Below the pieces are notes generated by a model. The model searched no databases and was not told the origin of the DNA. It saw only the letters and a list, made by a program, of their open reading frames with translations. From Camelus dromedarius (lineage: Eukaryota), in NCBI RefSeq assembly GCF_036321535.1, contig NC_087436.1, positions 119,786,001 to 119,850,000 on the forward strand: a stretch of DNA of 64,000 bases. The letters are read 5' to 3'. The first letter of the stretch is position 1. Each line of letters starts with the position of its first letter. This document shows, piece after piece, positions 11,315 through 24,440 of this stretch. Position numbers and translations under genes: made by a program.

Positions 11315-14300
11315 GTAAGTCTGCCCAAGGATGGGCCATTCTCCTCATGCACCTGCGCGTCTCTGAGGCTGGAGGCTGAGATCCCAGGGCCCTGCTGGAG
11401 CAACCCCTGTGAATTGGAGGCCTTGAAACTTTTCTTTGGCCAGAAAATGCTTAGAGAAGAAGTTGAAGGCTAATTAAGAGCTTTGTCAGTGTGCACAGGC
11501 CGCGCTGAACAGACAACCGTTCAGAAAGCTTCTTCCCTTTCTTCTTGTGTTCTTTTCCCCTTGCTCTTTTCCTCCCTCAGGGGGAAGGGGGTTTGCATTG
11601 TGAATTCAGGTCAGCGCACAATTCCCTCTGCTTGTGCTCTGAGCTTCCGTCGCGGCTCCTGGAGTCCACCAAACGCGCCGATTATCCTCACGGTCCGGGC
11701 GTCTTTCTTGCTTCCTGGCTCAGCCGGAGAGCTCGGTCAATAAATAACCCGCTGACAACGGGCGCTATCTCTTTATATGTGAAATGTGAATTCAGTCCAA
11801 GGGCGTTAGGCAGACGCTTTGATGTTTTAAATGAGGAGAGAAGGAGGCTTTGAGAAACCATTTTGGTTATTATCATCGTCAGTGTTTACATCTGCTCACC
11901 CGGGAAGGGGGAAGGAAGGTTCCCAGCATCTTGGGCTGTGGTTTCAGAGCTTCTCCCAGGCGAGGATGCTGTGTTCTCCGGGTACCGCCTGCCACTGCCA
12001 CCTTCTCTGGGTGTTGAACTGTTTTGCTTTCCAAGACGTGTTTCTCTAGTAATAATTAATTCACTTTTCTATGTGAAACCCACTAGACAGCACAGAGACG
12101 GGCTGATCAGGACTCCTCAGTTGTGTGCAACCACCTGGAGTTGAATTATTTTTGGCTTTTGGCTTTGGTTTTAGTGCAGGGGCTTGGTTCATTCTGCTGG
12201 TTCTTACTGAGGAATTTCCGTGATGCTTTGGGAATTTGCTGAAGTGAGCATGGAATCGGGTCCTTTCTTTGCTGGGTGAGGAGCGGTTGTCGCCTTGGGC
12301 CGGCCGGTCTGGGGGCCCTGGTGCCGACGAGGCCGGGTGTGGGGACTGGGCCGTGAGTTTTCCTTCGCTTCTTTTCCAGGCAGCCCCCCTCAGCTGTGGG
12401 TGCACCTCCCTGACTCACCAGCCTGCTTTCCAGGTCCATCGCTAGCCTCAGGAAAAGGAGTCTCTGACAGATGGTTTCCTGCCACGACCCCCCATTTCTT
12501 TAAATGTTGGTAGATTTTAATCTTGTGCCTTGAAGCAACTCATCCACTAAGGAGATTGCTTTTGAAAATGCCCCTCCAGGGTTGGGTAAGGACCTTCACT
12601 GTTTGGGAGGAGAGTGGAAAGTGGTGTGAGCCTTAAAGTCCCAGGGAAATCTCATCGGCTGCCCTCTGAGGACTCGCCTTGGAGAACTGCTTACGGGTGG
12701 GCCGACCCCCGGAGGGCTCCCTCTCGCTGGGCGGGTGGTCCGAGGACAGGTCCCCTGACCGCAAGGTGGAGAGGCACTCGCGTCTTTTCTTCATCCCAGG
12801 AGAATTCCTCGACTAACTCATTCCCTGACTCCTGCTGTCAGCCCGGGTCTTCATGAGCACTTGCTGATCTACCAAGAGTGACAGTGCCCGACCCCTCCCG
12901 CCCGCCACGTCTCAGCACGGCCGGAGGCGGAGGAAGCAAGGATGTCAAAAATATTGTTTGAATAGTGAAAAATCCTTCCCGGTGTAATCTGTGCTTATAC
13001 AGACAGAGTTTCTGGATGTAGTTACAATTTACTGCAAGTCCTCCTGGGGACTGGGAGTGGGGGTGGGAGTGACCGTGGCCGGCCCTACCGCATGGAGACC
13101 AGGCCTCCAGACGCAGAACTCTTCAAAAGCAGTGGGAAAGCCACAGAGCCAACCACCCACCTCAGAGCTGCTTCACAGGGCCTCCTTTTCCTCCCGAGAG
13201 CCTCAGTCTCCTTGTCTGTAAAATGGGGCTAAAATACCCCTGGATGGGAGCTTGGGAGGACTGAAGGAGATCACGCACAGACCATCCCTAGAATAGTACA
13301 CAGTCTAAATTTAGTTTTTCTCCAAAGCAAATCAACAGATTTTAATTTTCCACATTCCTTTCTCATCACTGTCTTTTTTACTCAGACGCTTCCTCTCCTT
13401 TATTAAAAATACATACAAATGCATTAGTCATTTCAAAAAAGTTCACCCACACCCCCACCCGTCGGGCGCAATTACTTTCTTTGTTTATCTTCTCTCTCTT
13501 ATGCCGAGTCCTTATACAGTTAGACACAGAATAAAGTCTTGCATCTTCTTTCTTTCACACTACAGCATGTTTCTGGTTATTCTGTGTCGTACCATGGTCT
13601 GCATCACCATCTTTTTACGGCCGTGCACTTGCCCTTTAGATTGATTCATTCTATTCCTGAGCCCTGCTGCTGCCGTAAGAAATTTAGGCCTGTGGGTTTC
13701 CTTTCCATTTGGTCCCCGGGAAGGAGCTCTGGGAGCTCCGTTACAGAGCCAGACGGCCTGAGCAGATTTACAGCTGGCGGGCTGCAGCGCCAAATTCTTT
13801 TTCATGGGGAACCCGACCCTCCACCTGGGCCCTGCCTCCTGGCCGGCTTCAGGCTGATGACTTTTCTCCAGCTTGCTAACCTACCGGCCCAAAGGGGCAG
13901 CCGTGCCATTTCATTTGCACGCCTTCGATTCCTGGTGAGGGTGGGCAGTTTCCGTGTTTAATTACCAACGGCATTTTTCTCTCGCCAGCATCATCTGCTC
14001 ATGACCTTTCTGTTCTGGGACTTGAACGAGTTTGTTTAGAAGTGGAAAGATTGCCATTGGTCGTTTGTCGGGACACCACCCAGCCCTCTGCCGTTTCAGG
14101 CACACGTGGAGGGAGGTGCACAGTGCCCGTGCCTGGAGGACCCGTGTTAAATGCGGTTATTAAAGACACACGTATTGGACTTGCAGCAAGCCCCCCAAGA
14201 ATTCTCTTGTGTGATCATAGTAGATACATTTTTAATGACAGGTATGGAATTTTCATTCTGGAAATGACTCCCTGAAACCTGAGGTGAATGCATTTTTAAA

Positions 14301-15409
14301 TGTCCTGCAATTCATGGGCTGCGTGTCCGGACTGTCTTTCCCTGGCCGCCTCCAGTGGTCCAGCACTCTGCCCCTTTTCCTGTGGGCCGTGTTCTCCGCT
14401 CAGCTGCTGGGCCCCTCTGAATCAGTGCAGGATGGGGTGGGAGGGAGGGGTGGGGTGAGGCCCAAAGACCTCTTTTCCAGACAAGGTCCCGCACGGTCTT
14501 TGGGGTAGGACGTGGACAGGTCTTTTTGGTGCCACCATTCAGATCAGAACACTGTCCATCACCACCTGGATCCAATGTCCAGGACGGCTCTCACATCTGT
14601 CCCCCTCTCTCTGTCCCCTCAGCCTTGCTCCCCTTCTGCCTCTCCATCCTCAGGGGGTCCCAGCAGTGCTTCCCAGCTCACCCCACGGCCGCTGCCCCCC
14701 CACCTCCAAGCCCCTCTCCTTGCAAGGCCGTGGGGACTTGATACACACACAGAGCCACATCTGGTCCTGCTTCCTCGCCCTGGAGGCCCCCGTGGATGCC
14801 ACCCATGCACCCCAACCCCCTGTCCAAGCCCGGGCAGGGGAAGTTCAGTGGGCAGAGCCAGAAGCTACAGGGCAAGCACACAGAACATGGGTGCTCGTGG
14901 AGCATCTAGGGGCCTTAGGTGCGGTTTGTATCCACTCCACAGTAGAGCTGTTATGATTTTAAGATAAGGATAAGCAGTGTTGGAAATAATGAAAATTAGA
15001 ACAGAATGATCTGTAAGTGTCCCCCTGTGCTCCCACACCCCATCTTGCAGGAGGATGCCAGTAGGTTCTCATGGTCCAGGGCTGTCTGCCAGGTGCCAGG
15101 GGAATCTCAGACAGGAACTGAGGGGCCTCCAGGAGGCCAGCCTTTTAGTTTGGAAACTGGCACCCTTGCTTTCCCACGATCACCCCCTCCCCTCCTGCGA
15201 GGAGCCTTCCTAGCTGTTCTCCTAAGCGCTCCCCCGCGCGTGACTGTATTCCTGGTCTGTGCGTGATGTGTGCTTTCTACACGAAGGTAAGTTTCACACC
15301 CCTCAAGGACCAAGGCTGCACTGCGTCTCTGCATCCCATCTGATTCCATGGGCTTTCATTTCTACTTTATTGTATTGAAATTGTGTTTTATTTAAGATTT
15401 TAATTAACT

Positions 15410-16260
15410 TAAATTTTTTTTTATTGAGGTATATTTGATTTACAGTGTTGTGCTAGCTTCAGGTGCACAACAAAATGATTCAGTCATACATACATATATA
15501 TATTTTCTTTTTTAGATTCTTTTCCATTATAGGTTATTACAAGATATTGAATATAGTTCCCTGGGCTATAGAGTAGGAACTTGTTGTTTATCTATTTTAT
15601 ATGTAGTAGTGTGTAATCCCAAACTCCTAATTTACCCTCCCCCCCACCCCTTTCCCCTTTGGTAACCATAGGTTGTTTTCTATGTTTGTGATTCTATTTC
15701 CGGTTTGTAAATAAGCTCATTTGTATCTTTTGTATTTAGATTCCACATATAAGTGATATCATATGACATATGTCTTTCGCTGTCTGACTGACTTCACTTA
15801 ATAGGATAATCTCTAGGTCCATCCATGTTTCTGAAAATGTCATTATTTCATTCTTTTTTATGGCTGAGTAGTATTCCATCATATGTATATAGACCACAAC
15901 TTCTTTATCCAGTCATCTGTCAGTGGACATTTAGGTGGCTTCCATGTCCTTGCTATTGTAAATAGTGCTGCTGTGAACACTGGGGTGCATGTATCTTTTT
16001 GAATTAGAGTTTTCTCCAGATACATGCCCAGGAGTGGGATTGCTGGATCATATGGCAAGTCTGTTTCTAGTGCTTTAAAGAACCTCCATACTAACTCCAT
16101 AGTGGCTGCACCAGTTTATATTCCCACCAACAGTGCAGGAGGGCTCCTTTTCCTCCACACCCTCTCCAGCATTTATCTTCTGTAGGCTTTTTAGGGATGG
16201 CCATTCTGACAGGTGAGAGGTGACACCACATTGTAGTTTTGATTTGCATTTCTCTGATAT
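15410..16260 (-). mobile_element. 5'-truncated LINE-1 (ORF2 C-terminus + 3'UTR + polyA)
   Basis: ORF 15879-16100 (LPYDPAIPLLGMY...DTCTPVFTAALFTIARTWKPPKCP..DDWIKKLW) is the L1 ORF2 end. There is a T-rich tail at about 15412 and a possible TSD ATTTTAATTAA at 15397-15407 and 16264-16274. Confidence 0.95.
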
Positions 16261-19179
16261 ACAATTTTAATTAAATTTTTATTTGTTCAGTTTTGCTTGT
16301 TTAAATTTTGTTTTATGTATACACTTTAATATTGAAGTATTATTTTATTTTTGTCCCCCTGAGCATTTCCTGGGATTGATTTTCCATGGAACAAGCTTTG
16401 GGAAACTCTGTTTCATGAGTTTTATATCCCAGCAGAACTGGCCTTTGAGATCTTCAGACCACTTCTGTTCACCTGTAATGTTACTGTGTCATTATACTGT
16501 TCCATTTCAAACCCGGGTGGATTCTATGTTCCTAGGGTATATGCCTCTCTCCATTTTTTGAGATACAGAATTTTAGGGTTATGTGTTGCGAATGCGGAGT
16601 CTAGGGAATTTGAGCCGCCAGACCACAGCCACATGACGACCTCTTGACCTTTAATACCTAAAGAGGCAGCCAGGTTCGTCTCTGCGGGGGTGGGGACATT
16701 GCCCTGTGGGACTGTCCTGAGAGGGTGGAGGGCAGAGCCGAGCGGTGGGTGAGCCAAGCATTTCAAAGCCCGCGGGCAGTCCTGGGCATCTCAGCCTGGC
16801 CCCGAACATCCTGAACACAAAGAGCCGTTGTGCTGGTAGCATCCTTACAGGTGGACGGTATGGAGTGCCTGCAGGGATCAAGTGATGACACGCTTTGCCC
16901 TTTGTGGTCCAGAAGAGTGGGGATTATTTTAGAGAGAAAGCCTTAGACTGTGATGGGCTTCACTGGAGGCTGATCGCAGGGGCTGGGCTTCCCCGTCGGC
17001 CAGGTGGCTGCCTGGTCGGTGCCCCCAGACAGGCTGGTTTCCATTCTGACTCTGGGCCTGCCTCTTTTGTGGCCTCTCTGGGCCTCGTCTGTGTGATGAA
17101 GCTGATGGCACAGACCTCGCAGTGGCTGTGAAGATGACAACGATCTTGCGTGTACAACACTAGGCACTTAGGAGGTGTCCAAGGGCCTCCTCTGTCCGTA
17201 GCATCTTGCCCTGCCCGTCCGTCTGGCTTTCCACCAGCTACGTCCCCCCGCCCTGGGCCAGTCTCTCTCTGTGTTTGCTTGAACGTCACCATGGAGATCT
17301 GAGTTTGGTTTAAACAAGACTCAGAGCAGATAGGGATCGAGAGAGGCGCTGACTTAAAAGCTTTCAGGATTTGAGTCGATTCAATAAATAATTCAATTTG
17401 AATCAACAGTTTGATGAGGTCAAGCTCCGAGGCCTCGAGGTGCCTGGACATGCTCTAGGACAGATCCAAGGTGGCTGAGAGGTCACAGGAAGTCTGAGGA
17501 AATCTCTCAGGGTCTCCAGCCTCCAAGCCTCTTCTTTCTCCATCCTGACTCCTGTACCTGGCCTTGCTCAGGGCCTGGCTTCCTCTGTCCCAGTTCCAAG
17601 GGCCCCTTCTGGTCACTAGAACTGTGCTCTCTGGCTGACTTTCCCTCCTCCCCTCTCTTCCCTGCCCCCTTCCTTCCCTCTCTCCATCACTCTCATCTAT
17701 CCATTGGTCCATCCTTCCCTTGTCTGCCCATCCGTGCGTCATCCAGCCACCTCATCCTTCCATCCAGGCTCTGTGTTTGAGTGAGCTACAATCAATGACC
17801 CCCAAGACCCACAGTTTCCTAGGGAGTACAGATAAGCAAACAGCCCATGTGATGGCACGTGGTCTGCACTGTGACGGGGCCGAGAGAACTGGGGAAGCCT
17901 TGGGCAGCCCTACTCTGCGGGAGCACAGGACGTGATAATCGGGGAAGACTTCCTGGAAGAGGAGTCCGCCCTGGTCCTTGGGTGCCACAGTCTCCCTGCT
18001 CCTCCAGGGCAGCACTCCCTACACAGTGCCTTCCGTGTTGCTCTGGCCACAGTGGCATCTTTGTGTGCTCCTCCTCGCCCTCCCCAGCATCCCTCCGCCA
18101 AGCTCTGCCAGGTCCACGTGTAGCTCGTATCCAGAACCCTTCTGTAACCCGACCGCTGGCCTTGGAAGGTGATGGGAACATCTGCCGTCTCCATCCCAGG
18201 AAGGCCTGAGTCCCAGCTCCCGTGTGGTACCCACCTCCAGGGAGCCACTTCCCTGCTGGGCTCACCCACGGGCTGTGTGCCGTCTGTGGTTTCCTCCCCC
18301 CTCCCCTGCATCGTGCTCCCCTGCCCCCATTCCTGCAGGCTGGAAAGGCCATCCCTGAGCTCTAGAAGAGTTCTTAGGGAAAAAGCAGGCAAGGGCAGAA
18401 AGCACATGCGTTCCCGGTTTCTTCGGGATGGCCCGGAGCAGCGTGTTGGTTCTGAATTTAGCTTTCTGTTGGTTGGCAGGGGCATCTGATTTCTCTTGCA
18501 GCAGTGATGACAACCCAGCCCATGCAGGCGACCCTGTATGTTCGGAGCCCACAGCCAGGCCTCCCAATCCTTACCGTCATCTCAGATGCTTTTTTGAGAA
18601 GTGGGAGACAGATGCTCAGTGGGGAGGGGCAGCCTGCGAATTTTTAGGGGATGATCTGCTTCTTGGGCTTCCGTGGAGCCAAGAACCATCTATCTTGTGG
18701 GTCCTCCTATAGTGTACCCCCCCAACTCCATCCATCTGGCAGGGCCCTCCCCACAAGCCTCTGCACAATCCCCACCCCAGGCCTCAGCAGCAGCCTCCTG
18801 AAGCGCCCTCCTACTTCTCCTGTCCCCCATCCCTCGGTGCCCCCTCCCCCGGAGCCCTTCAGGACCCCACCCCCACCCTGGCTGGGTCGGGTTCCTCCTC
18901 CGGGCTCTCCCAGCCCCTCTCCCCCAGGCCCCTCCCTCCTTATCTCTTCTTGGGATCTGGGTTTCCTGTGATCTCTGTACCTGGCGACAGACATGAGCCC
19001 GGGGATTTACTGAGCTGAACTGAAATCCACAAGGCACCGCTCATGAATTCAGCGGTAACGGCCTCACGTTTTCTCAAAAGAGGACGCTACATAATGTCAT
19101 TAAACCTTTTAAAAGGTCTTCTGGACAAGAGTGTTACTAAATCCCTCTCCAGAAAATTCTCCCTAAAAAACAAAAACAA

Positions 19180-19640
19180 ACCTTATTTTTAAAGATTACA
19201 TGATCTTCATAAAAGTTTTAGAAACTATAAAATAAACGGCACATAAAGCAATGCCCTGTGCTAACCCACCTCATGCGATTACAAATGCGGATGTTTGAGA
19301 CGGATGTTCTCACTAGTCTTTTTAAGATGCAAACATATACGTGTTTTATAAATTTTGAATCCCAGCTTTATAGTATGTATTCAACATCTGCTTACACGCC
19401 TACATATTTTCAAAACCACTATTTTCAGTGGCTGTCTAATATATCCAGCAGAAGGAGGTATTATTTATTTAACCAAATCCTCATTTTTAGACATCTGCGT
19501 CATTTCGATTTTTCACTAAAATGAAGATGGAAAGAGAGCTGTGGGTTTGGCCTTGTACGTGCGTCTGTCCATGTTTCTGAATATTTTCCTAGGATGGATT
19601 TTAAGCGTGGACTTTCTTTCCTGCAAATTGAATTACAAGG
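19180..19640 (-). mobile_element. Old L1 (L1M-type) fragment
   Basis: AT-rich, with L1 3'-region phrases (tttcagtggctgtctaatat, ttatttaaccaaatcc, ttcctaggatggatt). A similar relic lies at 46560-46860. Confidence 0.5.
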
Positions 19641-20029
19641 TATGGGGACTCCCGCGTGCATTTGAGTGTGTGGAGGGGTTGCCTCTGAGGCTGTTATTGA
19701 GGGCACTGAGGGGCGGAGAGGTTAAAGAGCCATTCAGGCAAGAGGAAGTAAGGCAACCGTCTTGAGGAGATGTGCCCCCTTCCCTGGTGTGAGCTGTGAG
19801 GGTCTGCCTGCTGTAGCACAAATCCCATGAATGGATGGAGGTCTGACCCTGACCGCCCAAGCCCTGCTCACTTACCAGTTGCTTCCTGAGGCCCTGCAAT
19901 GTCTCAGGTATTGCTTTGGCACCAAAGATTCAGAATCCACAGAGCACAGGCACTTGCCAGCCAGGATCTGGCCAACCGGTGGGAGAGCAGAGAATCCAAG
20001 GTGGTGCCTGACGGTATGTGTGCTGGGAG

Positions 20030-20596
20030 TGCTGCCGCGCCACCAGCCTCTGTGCCCCGATGGCCAGACTGAGACTCGGAGGCAGAGTTTTGGGAGAATT
20101 AGAAAAGAACAGGTTTATTGCTTTGCTTGCAAAGGGGACTGAGAGCAGGCTGACGCCTCAGAGACTGCGAATCCATCTTGGGTTTCGTGTCCCGAGGTTT
20201 TACAGAAAAACTGGACGGAATAGAAAGGTGGCAACAATCAGGGCATTGTCCCAGGGGTGTATTCTTCTTAATCTTGATGAATCTACCTGGTGTCACCGAG
20301 ACACTCCAGAGGGTCTGTCCAGTCTTCTGAGGCCGTCAGCCTGTGACCACCTTTCTGGAGCACAGCTTCTGGGTTAAAGGAGAAGCTGCTTTGGGTAAGG
20401 AATGTATAGGGAGTGGAGAGGATAATGGAAAGGTTGGCGGCTATTTAGCACAAAAGCAGTTGAGCAAGTGAAGCAGAGGTGGGGGTTTGTCAGAGAAAAG
20501 AGAAAAACGAATTGCGAGAATTTTAGGTCAGAATGGATCAACAAACAGCATTAGCATCAGGGAAACCATTTTGTTAGTTAGTGTCCTACTCTTTCA
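20030..20596 (-). mobile_element. Solo ERV (ERV1-like) LTR, 567 bp
   Basis: The minus strand starts TGAAAGAG and ends GCAGCA (TG...CA). It is flanked by the 4-bp direct repeat GGAG (20026-20029 and 20597-20600). AATAAA is on the - strand at 20119-20114. Confidence 0.85.
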
Positions 20597-20847
20597 GGAG
20601 GCACGGCTGAGCCTCAGGGGATGTGGTGCCCAGGCCTACCCCAGGGCACGCTAGGACGGGGTCCCAGAAAAGGGACTTGGGAAATGGGTTCTGAAGGATG
20701 AATAGGAGTTCACTAGGTAGAGAAGGGCAGGCGAAGCAGAGGAAGGCCATCTAGACAGTGTGTGCAAGAGGGTGGTGGTGCAGAGGCCGGGCAGGGCCCA
20801 GGGATTGGGAGGGCCCAGGGGAAACAGCCGGGCTGGTACGCAGTGTG

Positions 20848-21592
20848 CAGTGGTTTTCTCATGCTGTTGTAACAAATCACCACAAACCCTGGGCTTAAAA
20901 TAACACAAACTTATCATACAGTTTTGGAGGGGAGAAGGCTGATATGCGTCCCACTGGTTGAAATGAAGGTGTCAGCAGGGCTGATTCCTTTCCTGAGACG
21001 TTAGGGGACGCTCTTTTCCTCGCCTGTTCCAGCTGCCTGCAGCCCTCGGCTCCTTTCCGCTGTCTCCGAAGGCACCAGTGTTGCCTCATTCTGACCCCTC
21101 TATCGTTTCCCATCGCTCTCTCTAACCATAGTCTGGAAAGGTGCTCCCTTTTAAGGACCCATGTGATTTGATTAGGTTCATTTGGATAATCCAAAATAAT
21201 CTTTCCACCTCAAAGTTCTTTTTTTTTTTAAATTTCTAATTTAATTTAATTTTTTCATTGAAGTACAGTCAGTTTACAGTGTGTCCATTTCTGGTGTGCA
21301 GCATCATGTTTCAGTCATCCACATACACACACATTCTTTTTCATGATAGGTTACTACAAGCTATTGAATATAGTTCCCCTGGCTACCAGAAGAAACTTGC
21401 TGTTTATCTATTTTACATATACTAGTTGATATTTGCATATCTTGAACTCACAGTTTATCCCTCCCCACCCCCCTGATCCCAAAGGTTTTAACTTAGCCAC
21501 ACCCGCAGTGTCCCTTCTGCCTGTAACACCTGCACAGGCTCTGGGCTTTAGGATGTGGACGGCTCTGGGTTCATCATGCTGCTGACTGCACA
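20848..21592 (-). mobile_element. MLT1 (MaLR) LTR interrupted by an L1 3' fragment
   Basis: gctgttgtaacaaatcaccacaaaccctgggcttaaaataacacaaacttat...tttaaggacccatgtgatt...ggataatccaaaataatct, resuming after the insert with ttaacttagccacac...taggatgtggac. Confidence 0.8.
21218..21476 (-). mobile_element. Short camelid-type L1 3' end nested in MLT1
   Basis: polyT followed by ttgaagtacagtcagtttacagtgtgtcc...ggttactacaagctattgaatatagttcc. Confidence 0.85.
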
Positions 21593-23949
21593 TGGCGTGA
21601 AGGCTTCCGAGGTGATGGCTCTTAGGTTGTCTCTGTCTCCGGTCAGTTGAAGGCCTGGCCGAGGCACCCAGATTAAACACCAGATGATTAGACAGGTTTT
21701 CAGAGAATCCAATCCTGTAAACATTTCTTGAGCATCTTCTTCTTCCCAGGCACTTTGTCTGGCCTTAGGATTGGCCACGAATGAGACCAACCTTGTCAGA
21801 GAGGAAGGGACTGAAGGAAGGAGCAACATCTATTTAGGAAAAGGTAATTGGACATTTCAGAGGAGGTGATGGCTGAACTGGGCTTTGAAGGATGAACAGA
21901 AGTTTTCCAGGTTGCCAGGCAAGGGAAAGACATTCCAGTCAGAGGAAGCATGAGGTGCAAAAACACGGAGGCATGAACCAGCCTGGCATGGGAGGAATCC
22001 TAAGAAATCTGGAGTGGCTAAAATGGGAGGTGGGCAGAGGATGGTGGGAAAACATGCCGGTGAGGGGTTGGACCAAGGACACCTTGGGGCCAGTCCAAGG
22101 GCGTTGAACGCTGTCCTACAGGGGGCACTCTGCATGGGCTTGCGGATTAGAGCAAGCATGCGGCCGCGGCGTTGGGAGGGGACAGCGAGCCGGCTGGGTG
22201 TAGGGAGGCGTGGGTGAGTGGTTTAGCACACCCACGGAGAGGGGCAGGCGCTATTCCACAAGGTGCCTGGGCCACAAAGCCTGATTCCTCTTGCCCTCTA
22301 GGACCCAGCTGAGTGCAAGTCCCCTTCCTCCTGGCTGCTGGGAGGGGCTGAGTCTGGGGTGGGTGGGACCCAGAATGATGTGCATTCTTTCCCCCCATTT
22401 GCATCCCCCCCCAGCCTCCCTCCTGCCCCCGAGTCTGAGGAAGAACTGAGCTAGATGTCCTGCCCTGTGCATTAAAGTCACACTCTGTCCTGGAGCTTTA
22501 TTGCATTTTAATAAAACTCCCTGAGTGGGAAACATAGGAAAAAAACTACCTTTGTTTTCTATTATGTAATAAACCCCGCTTGAGTGTGCTTTGAAGGATG
22601 GAGCCATAAATCTGTTGACAGGGCGAGCGGCATCCGGGGAACGTGCTGGCGGCCGAGTGGCATCAAGGGACTTCTCCAGGTCTGCCCTTGGTTAGCCGGT
22701 GATGCTGGGAACAGCCAGCCCCTCCCCCGAGCCCTGGTTTCCTCGTCTACCAGAGGGCGCTGCTGCGTTTGAGTGTGGGATCCTCCAGGTAAAACTTCCC
22801 TCGCCCAGGGTCCAGGATGCAGAGCTGTTTCTGTAATGCGATGCATGTTATTTTGTTTGAGGTGAAAACTAATGGTTGTTGTACTGGGGAGAATCGTGCG
22901 CACCCTAATTCTGATGTCCCAGCTCTGCCGTTTCTGATTGGCCTTAGGCAAGCACTCGCTGTTTCTAAACCTGTTTGCCCACCTGCAAGATGGATCTGTT
23001 TCCTCGCCAGCTCTGCCGAGAGGGGTGGTGTTACTTTGCGGGGAGCCTGCTTTTCCTGGGCACGACCTGGGCATTCACTGTGTCTCCTGAAATCTGCCCC
23101 CTGTGATTCACGTGCTCAAGTCAATGGAGTGAGCGTGGGACGGCCCTCCAGCCTCGGGTAGGAGGGGCCCGCAGAGGGTCCCGGGCACGTGGGGAAGGAC
23201 TTCGGGGAACGGCCCGTCAAGGGGCTTTGGAGCTGGCACATCTGTAGTTGACAGCACAGGCACATGCAGGAATAAGCCAGTGGGAGGTTGGAAGGATCCC
23301 GCACAATGTTCTGTTTCCAGACTGGTCTCATGTAATCAGACCTGATTCTGAAGCACCTACAGGTACCATTAGCCAGAAGCCCTTACCAACCTAAGACAGT
23401 GATACCCCCACCCTTCTCCACATCGCTCCCTCGGCCAGTTTTTCTGAGCACTTACCCCTCCAGGGGCTCTCCTAGACTCTGAGCACTCAGAGTTGAAGGA
23501 GACACGCCCTCTGCCCTCACTGGGCTTCTGTTCTAGGGGGAGGTGGCCAGGTGACCAGGAGATGCTGTTCCTCATGGAGGAAGTGTGCAGGGGCACAGAG
23601 ACAGAGGAGGGCAGTGACACAGATGAGGGGTTAGACTGGCTTCCTGGAGGAAGCGGCATCTGATTGAGACTTCAGGGTGAACTCAAGTGTGTGAACAGCC
23701 AGGTGGAGGATTTCAGATGACCCATGAAAAGTCCTGGAATGGGGAGACTGGGGAGACTTTGAGAAACAGGGTGGGTGGGGCACTGTGCTCCAGGTGGCAC
23801 TTCAAGAGAGGCCAGCAGAGGCCATCGTCTCCACTCTATGGGGGACCTTCTAAAACTGACGTCATGTCTCAAGGAAGTCTAGCGCAGAAATCTGGGGAGC
23901 TGAGAGTAGTACCCTCTGCAGGGCAAACCATTGAAGGAATAGGGATGGC

Positions 23950-24440
23950 GATGTATCGGTTAGCTTTTGCTATAAAACAAATGGCCCTGAAACATAGGGA
24001 CTTAAAACAACAACCATTCATTTAGCTTATGTTTCTGCGGCTGGACAGTGTGAGTTGGGTGTAGCTTGGGTGGGGCTTCTGTCTTCAGCCAGGCTCCCTC
24101 GTGTGTCTGTGGTCAGCAGCCGGCCCTCTAGGCATCTCTTCTGCTAGGGCAGAGGGGCTCCTGGGCCCCTTGTCCCTCGATTCCACAGAAGGCTGGCCCT
24201 GGCTTGTACACATGGCAGCTGGATAGAGGTTTGAGAAAGAATGGAAATAAACAGAGCTACAGGATTGGGCTTGAAACCCACATAGCATCACTTCTGTACA
24301 TCGTACTGACCAAAGCAGGTACAAGACCAGCTTCTGTTCAAGAGTTCGGGAAATAGTTCCACCCCTTGAATGGTCTTGAGAGGACTATTGCAAAGGGGCA
24401 GGCATACAGGGAGGGGGCTAACTGTGGCTTTTTTTTGGCA
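23950..24440 (-). mobile_element. MLT1-family LTR
   Basis: tgtatcggttagcttttgct...gacttaaaacaacaaccattcatttagctt...catcacttctg...gaccaaagcagg. Confidence 0.7.
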
